A model generated the notes under the pieces. That model worked only from the letters and a program-made list of their open reading frames with translations. It was not told where the DNA came from and ran no database searches. The position numbers and the translations under genes are program-made. A stretch of DNA of 64,000 bases from Candidatus Terraquivivens tengchongensis (lineage in GTDB: Archaea > Thermoproteota > Nitrososphaeria_A > Caldarchaeales > Wolframiiraptoraceae): positions 19,113-83,112 of the forward strand of contig JALNJZ010000006.1 in assembly GCA_023261845.1 (NCBI GenBank), read 5' to 3'. This document shows, piece by piece, positions 10,279-20,145 of the stretch. The stretch's first letter is position 1. Each line of letters starts with the position of its first letter.

Positions 10279-11526
10279 TTACAAATCCTCGATCCTCCAC
10301 ATATATTCCTCCAGATCTTCACGAGCGTATGCCTCCGTGGCTACGTCTATGGCACCCTCTCTCAACAGCATTGCCTTTTTGACTCTTCTCTTTGCTACCT
10401 CTTCGGCAACACTCCTAGGCGGGTGGTTTGAATGTACTGACTCTATCAAGACCCTCTTTACATTGGTAGTTATCTTATACTTGATCAGCTCAAATGCCTG
10501 TATCTCGGTTCCGCCTATATATTCAACATAAGAACCGATGACACCGCCTGCGTTCACAAGAAAGTCAGGCATTATCCATACACCGTTTTCCCACAATATT
10601 CTTTCTGCTTCTTTCGTCGTCGGTATGTTTGCAGCCTCAACGACCATCTTCACTTTAGACGAGATAAGACTGTATGCTGCTTGCTCATTTATCGTGTAAG
10701 AGGCCGCGGCAGGTATGAATATATCAACTTCTTTCTCAAATATTTTGTCCCTAGGTTCTTTTAAACCGGTCTTCAAATCATTGAGCATAGGAGCTTTCAT
10801 TTTTGTTCTTAAGAGCTTTAGCTCTTCCATTATCTTCGGTATATCCAAACCGTTTGGGTCGCATATACAGGCTGAGGCGTCGTTTATAGCAACAACTTTG
10901 TATCCCATCTCGTCGAGGAACTTTGCCGTAAATGAACCCACGTTACCGAATCCCTGTATGGCAACCCTAGCCTCCTTCGGTTCTATATTCAATATGTTTA
11001 ACTTATCCAGAATCTTGACTGACAAGTCTGTTGCGATTGCTACACCGTAGCCCGTGGTACCGAGTTCATGCGGTATGCCTCCTAACTCCGTAGGCTTACC
11101 GGTGCATGCTTTCATGTCACCTATCTCATGTGCAAATATAGCCATATCCATCTCCGTCGTTCCCATATCCGTAGCAGCTATGTATTGCAGCGGAACGTAT
11201 GGTTTAATGGCCTTTGCAAACGCTCTAACCCAAGCTACTCTATCAACTTCTAGAGGATTGCCCCTAATGCCTCCTTTTGCTCCACCAAACGGTAGCCCAG
11301 CTATAGCACATTTCCAAGTCATAACCCTTGCGAGTAGAAAAACCTCTTGGGGCGTTACAGTCGGCTGGAACCTTATTCCACCTTTTCCTGGACCCATGGC
11401 CGTGTTGTCGATTACCAAGACGCCCTGCATCTTCGTATGCGGGTCGTAAACCTGTATGACTTTCTCTGGCCCCCACTCGTCAGCTAGACTCCACACATCA
11501 TCCTTTTTAAAATTCTGACCTGACAT
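10279..11526 (-). CDS. gdhA: Glutamate dehydrogenase (paralog 2, divergent from paralog 1)
   Basis: GPGKGGIRFQP, MTWKCAIAGLPFGGAKGGIRGNP and GFGNVGSFTAKFL. Confidence 0.85.
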   Translation of the reverse strand: MSGQNFKKDDVWSLADEWGPEKVIQVYDPHTKMQGVLVIDNTAMGPGKGGIRFQPTVTPQEVFLLARVMTWKCAIAGLPFGGAKGGIRGNPLEVDRVAWVRAFAKAIKPYVPLQYIAATDMGTTEMDMAIFAHEIGDMKACTGKPTELGGIPHELGTTGYGVAIATDLSVKILDKLNILNIEPKEARVAIQGFGNVGSFTAKFLDEMGYKVVAINDASACICDPNGLDIPKIMEELKLLRTKMKAPMLNDLKTGLKEPRDKIFEKEVDIFIPAAASYTINEQAAYSLISSKVKMVVEAANIPTTKEAERILWENGVWIMPDFLVNAGGVIGSYVEYIGGTEIQAFELIKYKITTNVKRVLIESVHSNHPPRSVAEEVAKRRVKKAMLLREGAIDVATEAYAREDLEEYMWRIEDL

Positions 11527-11861
11527 ATCATCCTCACCTCTTACAACCTCAGGAAGTCATCTCAGAGTTTTTCATGTTCTGCATCCCAACTACCTTGCTA
11601 AGAGATTGATCTAGTATTTTTAACAAAGTATAAGAGGCATACAAACCATGAGTCCCTTTTATTATCATCCCTTGCGCATTTATCAACATTTTTTCCATAT
11701 AACGCTATTGTTGCACATATATCTAATTGAAGTGAACTTTTCGTAACTTATTTGATGTTGCAACACGCGATAAGTTGTATAAATAGCGTAAACCTTCTTT
11801 ACGCTATATCAATATGAACGTTTTGCGGACATTTTACAAATTTTTAATGTTATGATGATCT

Positions 11862-11878
11862 TAGCGAAATTTTATATA
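11862..11878 (+). promoter_or_regulatory. Candidate archaeal TATA box for the chaperonin-like gene
   Basis: TTTTATATATG lies about 30 nt upstream of the ATG at 11904, inside an AT-rich divergent intergenic region (11527-11891). Confidence 0.3.
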
Positions 11879-11891
11879 TGAACGTCTGAGT

Positions 11892-13733
11892 TTGGTTAAA
11901 AAGATGTCTACATCCGCCCACAGGTTCAGAGGCAGGGATTTTGCACCAACCATTTCCCAAAGATTGCTCTTGGAAAAGCTCGACAGAGGTTACGCTAAGC
12001 TGGCTAAGGTTGACCAAAGAATGCTGCCTCTGTCGCATGAATCCGTGCCAGAACCTACAATATACGTTGACGGTAAACCAGCGTCCGTGCTCAGCATAGG
12101 TTCTGAGCTGAAGTTGGGAGAAGATGCTCAATTCGAAAAATTTTCTGCCGTCCGATGGATGACGGAGTTCGTCTCAGGACTTTATGGACCGTTTAGAATG
12201 AATAAGTTGATAATAGACGAGGGTGGTCTAAAGTATTTGGCAAGCGATATTAGGACTATTCTGATGAAAGCAGGATTAGCACATCCAATAGCCCAGCTCA
12301 TGGCAGGCGCTGGTTTGGCGGTGTCCAAGACTGTGGGCGACGGTGCTGTGTATACCGTCATCTTAAGCGGTAAGATTTTAGAAAGATGTCAGGAGCTTAT
12401 GCTAAAAGGGGTTAGCGTATCAACAATACTTGACGGGCTCCTAGAAGCGCTCAACCAAACCCTACAAACAGTGGAACGGCTGTCAATCGACGTTTCATCT
12501 CAACGCGAAAAGATGTTGATGTCGGTTATAGAAACGAGCATACTGAATAGGCTGCCTGAACACGTTCGGCATAAGTTTGCGAGTATTTTACACAAGGTGG
12601 TGGAAATTGTCGGAATAGATGAGTTAATGTCTGTTGACGTGGACAAAGTAGTTGACGTTAAAGCTGTCGAGAGCGGAACACTCGATGAATCGTTAGTTTT
12701 AGATGGTGTTGCCGTTTTCAAAGAAATGGCACATCCAGACATGCCGAAAAAGATAAAGGCCGCGAGGGTTGCCGTACTCAAAGATGAACTGCGAGTACAT
12801 GAAAAAATTGGACGCCAACTAAACTATTCCTTGGAACTTGGTGATGTAGGATTAAAGGAGCTGCTAGACAATAAAAATGCATACGTATCCGACTTGGTTA
12901 AAAAAATCATCGATCTGAATGTTGACTTCGTGGTTATCGAGAAAGGAGCAAACCCCATGGCTATTGAACAATTAGCAAAGGCAGGAATTGGTGCTATATA
13001 CGGACTTCCGCACCCAGAAGTTGAGTTGATAGCTAGAGCAGTTAACGCGCTGCCGACAAAAGTGATGCTCCTAGAAGAGTCAGACATTGGCTGGGCAGGA
13101 ATCGTAGAGGAAGTTGAGTTTGATGGGAAGAAAACGATACTCATCCACGAATGTAAGAAGCCTAGAAGTGTTAGCATTCTGCTTAGGGGCGTAACGAACT
13201 TATTACAAAGTGACGTGGAGAGGAGTCTCAAGCACTCCCTTCCGATATTCTCCCTTGTTAGAGAGTGTTGTAAGGTTGTCTATGGTGGCGGTGCCTTCGA
13301 GATAGAGTTGTCGCTACGCCTTAAAGAGTATGCTGAGAGCATTCCAGACAAGAGGCAGTTGGTCATTAAATCTGTAGCGGACGCGTTCGAGGACGTAGTA
13401 TCGATTTTGTCTAAAAACCTAGGTCAAGATTTTGTGGAGGTGTTAAGCAAGCTGAAGTCAGAGCACGTATCTGGAAAAATCGATGCATGTGTTAATTATG
13501 AATGTGGTGTTGCGAGTGCTAAAGAGCTAGGCTTATACGAGTTGTCTGCTGTTAAGCAACAGGCCATTAAGACTGCCTTCGAGCTTGCATACACCATCCT
13601 GAGAATAGATGGAATAATAACCGGTAGAAAGTTATCAGAGTCTGAATATTATTATGTAAAAAGGATTAAAGGGACTTCTCCAGAAAAATTGAGGGAGCTT
13701 AAGAAAGAATACGGTCTTGAGACATTAGAATAG
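11892..13733 (+). CDS. Divergent group-II chaperonin (thermosome/CCT)-like protein with degenerate nucleotide-binding motifs
   Basis: Collinear with the thermosome: LYGPFRMNKLI aligns with TLGPKGMDKML; VGDGAVYTVILSGKIL with AGDGTTTAVVIAGELL; VIEKGANPMAIEQLAKAGIGAIY and ILLRGVTNLLQSDVERSLKHSL with the equatorial C-terminal blocks. The ATG at 11904 may be the true start. Confidence 0.7.
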   Translation: MVKKMSTSAHRFRGRDFAPTISQRLLLEKLDRGYAKLAKVDQRMLPLSHESVPEPTIYVDGKPASVLSIGSELKLGEDAQFEKFSAVRWMTEFVSGLYGPFRMNKLIIDEGGLKYLASDIRTILMKAGLAHPIAQLMAGAGLAVSKTVGDGAVYTVILSGKILERCQELMLKGVSVSTILDGLLEALNQTLQTVERLSIDVSSQREKMLMSVIETSILNRLPEHVRHKFASILHKVVEIVGIDELMSVDVDKVVDVKAVESGTLDESLVLDGVAVFKEMAHPDMPKKIKAARVAVLKDELRVHEKIGRQLNYSLELGDVGLKELLDNKNAYVSDLVKKIIDLNVDFVVIEKGANPMAIEQLAKAGIGAIYGLPHPEVELIARAVNALPTKVMLLEESDIGWAGIVEEVEFDGKKTILIHECKKPRSVSILLRGVTNLLQSDVERSLKHSLPIFSLVRECCKVVYGGGAFEIELSLRLKEYAESIPDKRQLVIKSVADAFEDVVSILSKNLGQDFVEVLSKLKSEHVSGKIDACVNYECGVASAKELGLYELSAVKQQAIKTAFELAYTILRIDGIITGRKLSESEYYYVKRIKGTSPEKLRELKKEYGLETLE

Positions 13734-13762
13734 GAGTTAAAATAAAAATGTTTGGAATTATT

Positions 13763-15172
13763 TTACACCGGAAGTGCAACCTTTAACTCCTCGAACTTTT
13801 TAACGTAGTAGTCGTTGTTGTCGGGAAGGTCCGGCGATAGGAAGTATCTCGTCATTTTTTGTTTATCCTCGACAGAGCCGAGGTCCCTGAGGTTGCCCCT
13901 CGGATGCGGCGTGCCCGTTCTGGGTGGCTCACCTGTCCAGAAGTGCTTGAAGTATACGTCAGGTAGGAATAGTGCATTCTGTAATCTTTCTGGTAGCGTA
14001 GCAAACTCCGGCTTATCAGGCCATATGACTTTCATCACTTCATCTATCGGCAAGTAAGTGCTCTTGCCCTCGTAGAACCAACCGTAGAACTCGTCTCCCA
14101 TGGCATTCTTATAATCCTCCCAAGCCCAAGCGGGCGTCGGATATCCTTGTTTAGTGTAAAGCATCTGCGTGTAAAGCTCGAGGTGCCAGTTGAGTAGCTT
14201 TATGCACTCTTCTGCAACCTCAGGTGAGACTAGAGAAGAGACATAGCCGGAGTTATACCAGAAGAATGGTCCATGCTGTAACGCTGCGTAGTATGCAGGC
14301 GTTCCAGCCTTTCTCGTATCGAAGCACACCGGCTGCCAAGTACTGGCTAGCCATACCTCCCTAGTTGAAAACAGCGTAACTATATCTCCATAGGAGAACC
14401 AGAAAGTCTTTATGAAGCCCTGCTTAACGTATGGTAGAAGATAGTTGAAAACTTTATCGACTTCCTCCGGAGTTAGATTAGTTATAGCACCTGAAAACGT
14501 CATCTGCTCGGTTGCTTCCAAGTAGTTTGCAGTCTCGCTAAATACCGTAAAACCTTCGTCCTGCATTCCGGTCCTTCCTTTCCACTCCGGGTTCCAAAGT
14601 TCTGAATAAGCCAACGTCCTTTTAGTACCGCCACGCTCCTCATAAGGCACGAACTCAGGGAGGTACGTTACAGAGTCAAAGTTCCACATGACTGGAACTG
14701 CTACAAGGGTCTTTCCAGGCTCCTTCCAGAGCAGGTAGTTGAACCTCTCTGCTTGAGCTGGCTTGAAGTACTTCTCGACATGGTAGAACATGTCCAAGAC
14801 CTTGTCCGCCCTCCACCTAGGCACCTTCTCAACAGGTATGGCTCTTGCTAGTCCCTCGGCTATGATGGGTCTGTACCTTCCAGAGGCTGCCACGTCCCAT
14901 GCAGCAGGGTTGGCCAGTTGTTTCTGGGTCATAACAAAGAAGTCTAAGTAAGTGGTTTCTACGTCGATGCCTGTTAACTTCTCGTACTCTTTCTCAGCGT
15001 CGGGCGGGAAGTAGAACGGATGTGTTGAGTACCTAATCTTCGATGGTTTCGTAATTGTCGGAGTTGGTGGAGCGCTTGTATAGAGGTACCATGCCAAACC
15101 ACCGACAACAGCAGCGGCAGCAACTCCTCCAACAGCGGCTAGGAATTTCCTTCTAGATACTTTTTCCGACAT
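13763..15172 (-). CDS. ABC transporter substrate-binding protein with twin-arginine-type signal (polyamine/iron PotD/AfuA-like)
   Basis: N-terminal RRKFLAAVGGVAAAAVVG signal. About 470 aa is typical SBP size. Last gene of the ABC operon. Confidence 0.7.
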   Translation of the reverse strand: MSEKVSRRKFLAAVGGVAAAAVVGGLAWYLYTSAPPTPTITKPSKIRYSTHPFYFPPDAEKEYEKLTGIDVETTYLDFFVMTQKQLANPAAWDVAASGRYRPIIAEGLARAIPVEKVPRWRADKVLDMFYHVEKYFKPAQAERFNYLLWKEPGKTLVAVPVMWNFDSVTYLPEFVPYEERGGTKRTLAYSELWNPEWKGRTGMQDEGFTVFSETANYLEATEQMTFSGAITNLTPEEVDKVFNYLLPYVKQGFIKTFWFSYGDIVTLFSTREVWLASTWQPVCFDTRKAGTPAYYAALQHGPFFWYNSGYVSSLVSPEVAEECIKLLNWHLELYTQMLYTKQGYPTPAWAWEDYKNAMGDEFYGWFYEGKSTYLPIDEVMKVIWPDKPEFATLPERLQNALFLPDVYFKHFWTGEPPRTGTPHPRGNLRDLGSVEDKQKMTRYFLSPDLPDNNDYYVKKFEELKVALPV

Positions 15173-15247
15173 TATTGATTACTTTTTTACAAGACATATT
15201 TAAATTTTTTTACGAAGAATTATTCATAATATGAGTTTGAGTTTCGT

Positions 15248-16069
15248 TTAACGAACTCTTCTGGACATTATGTAGGCGAATATTGCTAAGCCTATAAAGG
15301 CCACTATCGCGATGATCGTGCCGGCTGCAAACCACTTAGGGGTTATCGGGTTTATCGAAAGCTCGTTTTTGATGTAAGTTGCTAAGGTGCCCGTACCTTT
15401 CATGACGAATTGTGTTCTGATTACTTCGCCCCATGAGAGTAGGAAGCCTATTATAGCTGCCGATATGACCTCGAATATTATCAAAGGCAACGTTATGCGT
15501 CTGAATACGCTGAGGGGACTTGCTTTTAATACGCTAGCTGCGTACTCGTATGTGGCTAGTTCAGGGTCAAACCTTGACATCATGAGTATGAGGCCGAAGG
15601 GCACCGTGTAAACCGTAAGAATAGCCGCAACAGCTAAGAGGGATGATTCGATGCCGAAAAGCCTGAACATGAAAGTTACACCTAAGCCAAGCGCAACGCC
15701 GGGAACTATGAAGCCCAAGATGAACAAGTAGAATAGCAAGTCCCTACCCACGATTCTCTTTCTAAGAGCTAAAGCAGTCGTGGTAACCAAGAGGCATGTC
15801 AGCAACGCAGTGACGATCGATACGAATAGCGAGTTGTTCAAGGCCGTGAAGAAGTTCTTGTCATGCATTATCGAGATGTATGCGGAATATTCATAACCTG
15901 TCGGTGGTTTTATGTACCAGTCTAGCGTAAGGCCCTCTATGGGGAAGCTTATCCTAGCACCGCTCTTGAAGGATAGCAATATCATGAAGAATACTGGGAG
16001 ATATATGAAGAGTATGATCAACGCGATGTAAACTTTTGCTAACCTATCTCCCCATCCCATTCCCAACAC
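15248..16069 (-). CDS. ABC transporter permease (PotC-like)
   Basis: 273 aa with six TM segments, in an operon with the ATPase and SBP. Confidence 0.75.
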   Translation of the reverse strand: MLGMGWGDRLAKVYIALIILFIYLPVFFMILLSFKSGARISFPIEGLTLDWYIKPPTGYEYSAYISIMHDKNFFTALNNSLFVSIVTALLTCLLVTTTALALRKRIVGRDLLFYLFILGFIVPGVALGLGVTFMFRLFGIESSLLAVAAILTVYTVPFGLILMMSRFDPELATYEYAASVLKASPLSVFRRITLPLIIFEVISAAIIGFLLSWGEVIRTQFVMKGTGTLATYIKNELSINPITPKWFAAGTIIAIVAFIGLAIFAYIMSRRVR

Positions 16070-16073
16070 CTCG

Positions 16074-16964
16074 CTAATACACTAACTTCTTTATATCAAC
16101 CACCTTTAGAAGCACGTAAAGCACGAGTAGCGCTATTACCACCAAAATTGTCGAAAGCGCGGCGGCGTAAGGCCACACGAAGTTAGCGGCATAGTTCGCT
16201 ACCGATAGACCAAGCGTCTGTATACCTCCGGCCCACAGGGCTGGCGTTATGTAGTCTCCTAAGGTGCTTACGAAGACGAATATGAAGCCCATCACAACGC
16301 CGGGAAGCGATAACCTGAAAGTTACGTCAAGGAAGACACGGTGCGGCGGAGCCTTTAGCACTTTGGCCGCATTTATTATATCAGGGTCTATTCTCGTCAA
16401 CGCAAGATACGATGGGAATATCATCCAAAGTAGGTAGGTCTGAGGCCAGATTATGAGCAGGGTGCTACGTCCGAATAACAACTCTAAGGGCTCTTTGATC
16501 ACACCTAAAGACATGAGGGCATAGTTGATTATACCGCTCTCTCCAAGTATCGGTAGCCAAGCAACAACACGGACGCTCCAGTCAATCAGGAAGGGTACGA
16601 GCAACAAGCTGACTATGAAAAACCTTGCGCGCGCACTCTTAACCCTAAACACCAGAAAGTAAGCCATAGGATAACCGAGCACGAACGATATAAAACATGC
16701 AAGCAAGGACATCCCGAACGTGTTTAACAGTATTGTCGGCATTTGCGGCGATGTAAAGAATGCAATGTAGTTCTTCAGCGTGAAAGTCTCAGGACCTGCG
16801 ATCGTAAACCTTTCAAAAAAGCTTATGCCTACTATCATGCTAAGAGGTATCAGCAAAAAAAGTAGCAAGAGTACAAATCCTGGAAGGAGCAATAGGTAGC
16901 GAGAGTACTTGGCAACCCTATCGATCAAACCCATCTTCAGCTGAGGGGCACTCAAGCCGCACAC
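16074..16964 (-). CDS. ABC transporter permease (PotB-like)
   Basis: 296 aa polytopic membrane protein, 1 nt from the ATPase gene. Confidence 0.75.
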   Translation of the reverse strand: MCGLSAPQLKMGLIDRVAKYSRYLLLLPGFVLLLLFLLIPLSMIVGISFFERFTIAGPETFTLKNYIAFFTSPQMPTILLNTFGMSLLACFISFVLGYPMAYFLVFRVKSARARFFIVSLLLVPFLIDWSVRVVAWLPILGESGIINYALMSLGVIKEPLELLFGRSTLLIIWPQTYLLWMIFPSYLALTRIDPDIINAAKVLKAPPHRVFLDVTFRLSLPGVVMGFIFVFVSTLGDYITPALWAGGIQTLGLSVANYAANFVWPYAAALSTILVVIALLVLYVLLKVVDIKKLVY

Positions 16965-18092
16965 CTACTTTCCGTATATCACTTCTTCTATGTCCAGCCC
17001 TTCTATCATGCACGGCTTCTCTATTAACAGAGCATCCTTTGCGCTCCATCCTAGGAGGTATGTGGACCCAAGCGTGAGGTTGCCTACCTTCTCGGTGGGA
17101 ACCGAGACCTTTATCTTTGTATTACCGCCTGCTTGGAACACATACTCCATATAATGACCAAAGTAGTAATAGCTGACGAGTTTCGCCTCTATTTTGTTGT
17201 CGCATAGCCTGGCCTCTTCTCCTATCTTTACGCGTTCAGGTCTTACCGCATATGCTACCTTGTCGCCGGACGGTAAAGCATTCTTGTTTTTGGGATTTGC
17301 CTTGAGCTCGCCTATCTCGGTGTTAAGATAACACAATTCGCCATCCCAAGACTTGATTTGTGCTGAGAATAGGTTTATTTCACCGACGAACCTTGCGGCA
17401 AAGACCGTGGCAGGGTTGTTGTAGACTTCTTCAGGCTTTCCGATCTGTTCTATTACACCCGTGTTCATGACCATAACGGTATCTGCAAGGTTGAGCGCAT
17501 GTTCCTGGACGTGGGTCGTCAAGATGAAAGTGTTACCTACTTTCCTGTGAATTTCCTTAAGGTCCTCCATTAGCTTTCTTTGTAGCCTATAGTCCACATG
17601 GCTGAGTGGTTCATCGAGTAGAAGGATGCTCGGGTTGATGACAAGCGCCCTTGCCAGCGCAACCCTTTGTCTCTGCCCACCGCTCAGCTCGAGCGGCATC
17701 CTCTTCTCCAATCCAGCTAAACCGACTAGCTTCAGAGCTTCCTTTACCTCTTTCTCTATTTCCGATTTGTCCTTTCCTAGCATCCTAAGACCGAATGCTA
17801 CGTTATCGAAGACGTTCATGTGGGGGAAGAGGGCATAGTTCTCCAACATCATTGAAACGTCCCTCTTGTACGATGGAACGTTTTTCATATCTACGCCGTT
17901 TATGTAAAGCTTCCCGGAGTCGTAATCCAGTATACCTGCGATGATTTTCAAGAGGGTACTCTTACCGCATCCGCTAGGACCGATTATGACGAAGAAGTCC
18001 CCCGCATCTACGTCAAACGTTACCTTATTGAGTGCTAAAACCTCTTTTCCATACCATTTCACGAGCTCTTTGGTTTCTAAGGCCTTGCCCAT
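16965..18092 (-). CDS. potA: ABC transporter ATP-binding protein (PotA/spermidine-putrescine type, with C-terminal TOBE-like domain)
   Basis: Walker A GPSGCGKST. Signature LSGGQRQRVALARAL. Walker B LLLDEP. Confidence 0.85.
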   Translation of the reverse strand: MGKALETKELVKWYGKEVLALNKVTFDVDAGDFFVIIGPSGCGKSTLLKIIAGILDYDSGKLYINGVDMKNVPSYKRDVSMMLENYALFPHMNVFDNVAFGLRMLGKDKSEIEKEVKEALKLVGLAGLEKRMPLELSGGQRQRVALARALVINPSILLLDEPLSHVDYRLQRKLMEDLKEIHRKVGNTFILTTHVQEHALNLADTVMVMNTGVIEQIGKPEEVYNNPATVFAARFVGEINLFSAQIKSWDGELCYLNTEIGELKANPKNKNALPSGDKVAYAVRPERVKIGEEARLCDNKIEAKLVSYYYFGHYMEYVFQAGGNTKIKVSVPTEKVGNLTLGSTYLLGWSAKDALLIEKPCMIEGLDIEEVIYGK

Positions 18093-18251
18093 AGTGGCAC
18101 CGCACCTTCTTTATTAACTACTTATACTTATATTTTTACAAATTTTAGCACGATTTCCGAGGATTTCTTGTTATGCGTTTTACAATCCATTCATCGCACG
18201 AAAAACTTATAAGCGCATCTTCTTTCGTTTTGCCCGTCGGAGGAATTTAAA

Positions 18252-19304
18252 ATGAGAATCTTAAAGGAAAAAGAGCTAAAGGATATTGTATACGGAGCCA
18301 CTCTACTTGGTGCTGGTGGTGGCGGTTCTCCTGAGAACGGAATGCAACTCGTTAAGAGCATACTGGAAATTAGTGAAGGAGTTCGGATGGTAAGCCCGGA
18401 GGAAGTGCCGGACTATTGTATGGTAGCGGTCGTGGCGGGCATGGGTGCTCCGGAAGTATTGCTTAAAAGAGGGTGGAAAAACGAGGACATACCTGCCCTC
18501 AGATTGTTGGAACAGGTAGTTGGCAGGAAGATGGATTATATTATTGCGATTGAAACCGGAGGCTTTAACTCAATAACTCCGCTCCATGCTGCTGCGGCAA
18601 GCGGTGTTCCGGCAATCGACGGAGATGGGGTAGGAAGGGCCATACCACAGCTGGAGATGACGATGTTCTACGTGCAAAACGTGCCTTTAGCCCCAGTTAC
18701 GCTGGCAGATGCTCACGGGAATTCGGCTATCCTTTACCCCGTAGACGCTCCGATGGCCGAAAAGATGGCTAGGGGCATAACCGTGGCTTTTGGCATGCAA
18801 GCCGGCATTGCATGTCACCCCATGGCAGGCTGGCAGATGAAGAAGGCAGTAATAAGCGGAACCTACACGATGGCCGAAAAGGTGGGCAGGGCCATTAGGG
18901 AGGCGAGGGATAAGGGTAAAGACCCCGTCAAGGCTGTAGTGGAAGTCACGAACGGTTTTGAGATCGCCAGGGGGAAGGTTACTAAGAAGGAAGTCGAAAC
19001 CAAGGGAGGCTTTGACTATGGAAGGGTCTACGTCGCAGACATACGTGTAGACTATAAGAACGAGAACATGATAGCCTGGAGGGCAGGAAAACCCATAGCA
19101 ATATCGCCCGACTTAATATGCTGGATGACGACGGACGGACGGCCCTTAACCAACGCTGATATAAAAGAAGGTTTAGAGGTTGCCGTGATAGGAATAAAGG
19201 CTTACGAAAAGTGGAGGACGCCCGAGGGGCTTGCCGTGTTCCGTCCAGTCCTCGCCGAGCTGGGCTATACTGGCGAATACATACCCATAGAAAAGCTCCT
19301 CTAA
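18252..19304 (+). CDS. DUF917-family protein
   Basis: N-terminus LKDIVYGATLLGAGGGGSPENG matches the DUF917 glycine-rich block. About 350 aa. This family is typically found with hydantoinase/racemase genes. Confidence 0.55.
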   Translation: MRILKEKELKDIVYGATLLGAGGGGSPENGMQLVKSILEISEGVRMVSPEEVPDYCMVAVVAGMGAPEVLLKRGWKNEDIPALRLLEQVVGRKMDYIIAIETGGFNSITPLHAAAASGVPAIDGDGVGRAIPQLEMTMFYVQNVPLAPVTLADAHGNSAILYPVDAPMAEKMARGITVAFGMQAGIACHPMAGWQMKKAVISGTYTMAEKVGRAIREARDKGKDPVKAVVEVTNGFEIARGKVTKKEVETKGGFDYGRVYVADIRVDYKNENMIAWRAGKPIAISPDLICWMTTDGRPLTNADIKEGLEVAVIGIKAYEKWRTPEGLAVFRPVLAELGYTGEYIPIEKLL

Positions 19305-19369
19305 AATCGGAACCACAATACTGTAAAGACCCAAAACACCTTTTATCCTACTTTTTTGTTTACAAGTAT

Positions 19370-20122
19370 ATGCGAAAAGTAAGGGTCCTAGTAGTTCTTC
19401 CCATATTGAAGAATCCTGCTTTGGAGGAAGTTACGCGAAGAGAAATCGAGCAAATCCGAGATGAAAACCTTGAGGTGAGCTTGGTCAGCTTAGAACAAGG
19501 GCCGGCCTCTATTGAGTCAGAATTTGATGACAGGATAGCATCGCCTTGGGTTCTGGAGAAGGTTAAGGAAGCTGAGGTTAATGGTTTTGATGCCGTGTTC
19601 CTGGATTGTATGGGAGATATAGCCCTGAATGCTGCAAAGGAAATCGTGAGAATACCCGTGATCGGTCCGTGTCAAGCTACGATGGCGATGGCGTCGATGC
19701 TCGGTGATAGGTTCTCGGTGATCACTATCTTAGAGAACGTAGTCCCACTTTTTTGGAGAAAGGCCAGAGAATATGGTTTCATACAAAACCTTGCATCGGT
19801 AAGGTCCGTGGAGGTGCCTGTGCTCGAGTTGGATACGAAGAGAGAGTTAGTTAAGGAGAAGTTGGTCGAGGAATCAAAGATTGCGATAAAGGAAGATGGT
19901 GCTGATGTGATAATCTTAGGATGTACAGGGATGGTAGGTATGGCAAAAGACGTTCAGGAAGTTGTAGGCGTACCGGTCATAGACCCGGTACCGGTATCGA
20001 TAAAGCTCGCCAAACTCATGGCGGAACTTAGGCTCATCCATAGTCGCAAAGCCTATCCAAAACCACCATCTAAGCTGAGAAAGTTCCCGGGGATGTCGGA
20101 GCTGCTACTCGAGAAAATTTAA
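19370..20122 (+). CDS. Asp/Glu/hydantoin racemase family protein
   Basis: Two-lobed pattern VLVVLPI...FDAVFLDCMGD...GADVIILGCTGMVG. The ATG at 19370 was chosen. The long 5' extension of the six-frame ORF overlaps the previous gene. Confidence 0.6.
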   Translation: MRKVRVLVVLPILKNPALEEVTRREIEQIRDENLEVSLVSLEQGPASIESEFDDRIASPWVLEKVKEAEVNGFDAVFLDCMGDIALNAAKEIVRIPVIGPCQATMAMASMLGDRFSVITILENVVPLFWRKAREYGFIQNLASVRSVEVPVLELDTKRELVKEKLVEESKIAIKEDGADVIILGCTGMVGMAKDVQEVVGVPVIDPVPVSIKLAKLMAELRLIHSRKAYPKPPSKLRKFPGMSELLLEKI

Positions 20123-20145
20123 CACCAATCCAATTTTTTGAGGCA

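Noticed and set aside
8984-10300. Apparent 22-nt overlap of the two GDH genes
   Set aside because: It disappears when the first GDH starts at the internal Met at 10234. That start gives the canonical N-terminal length.
12500-13231. Antisense ORFs (93 and 135 aa) opposite the chaperonin-like gene
   Set aside because: Ser/Thr-rich low-complexity translations inside a strongly supported plus-strand gene.
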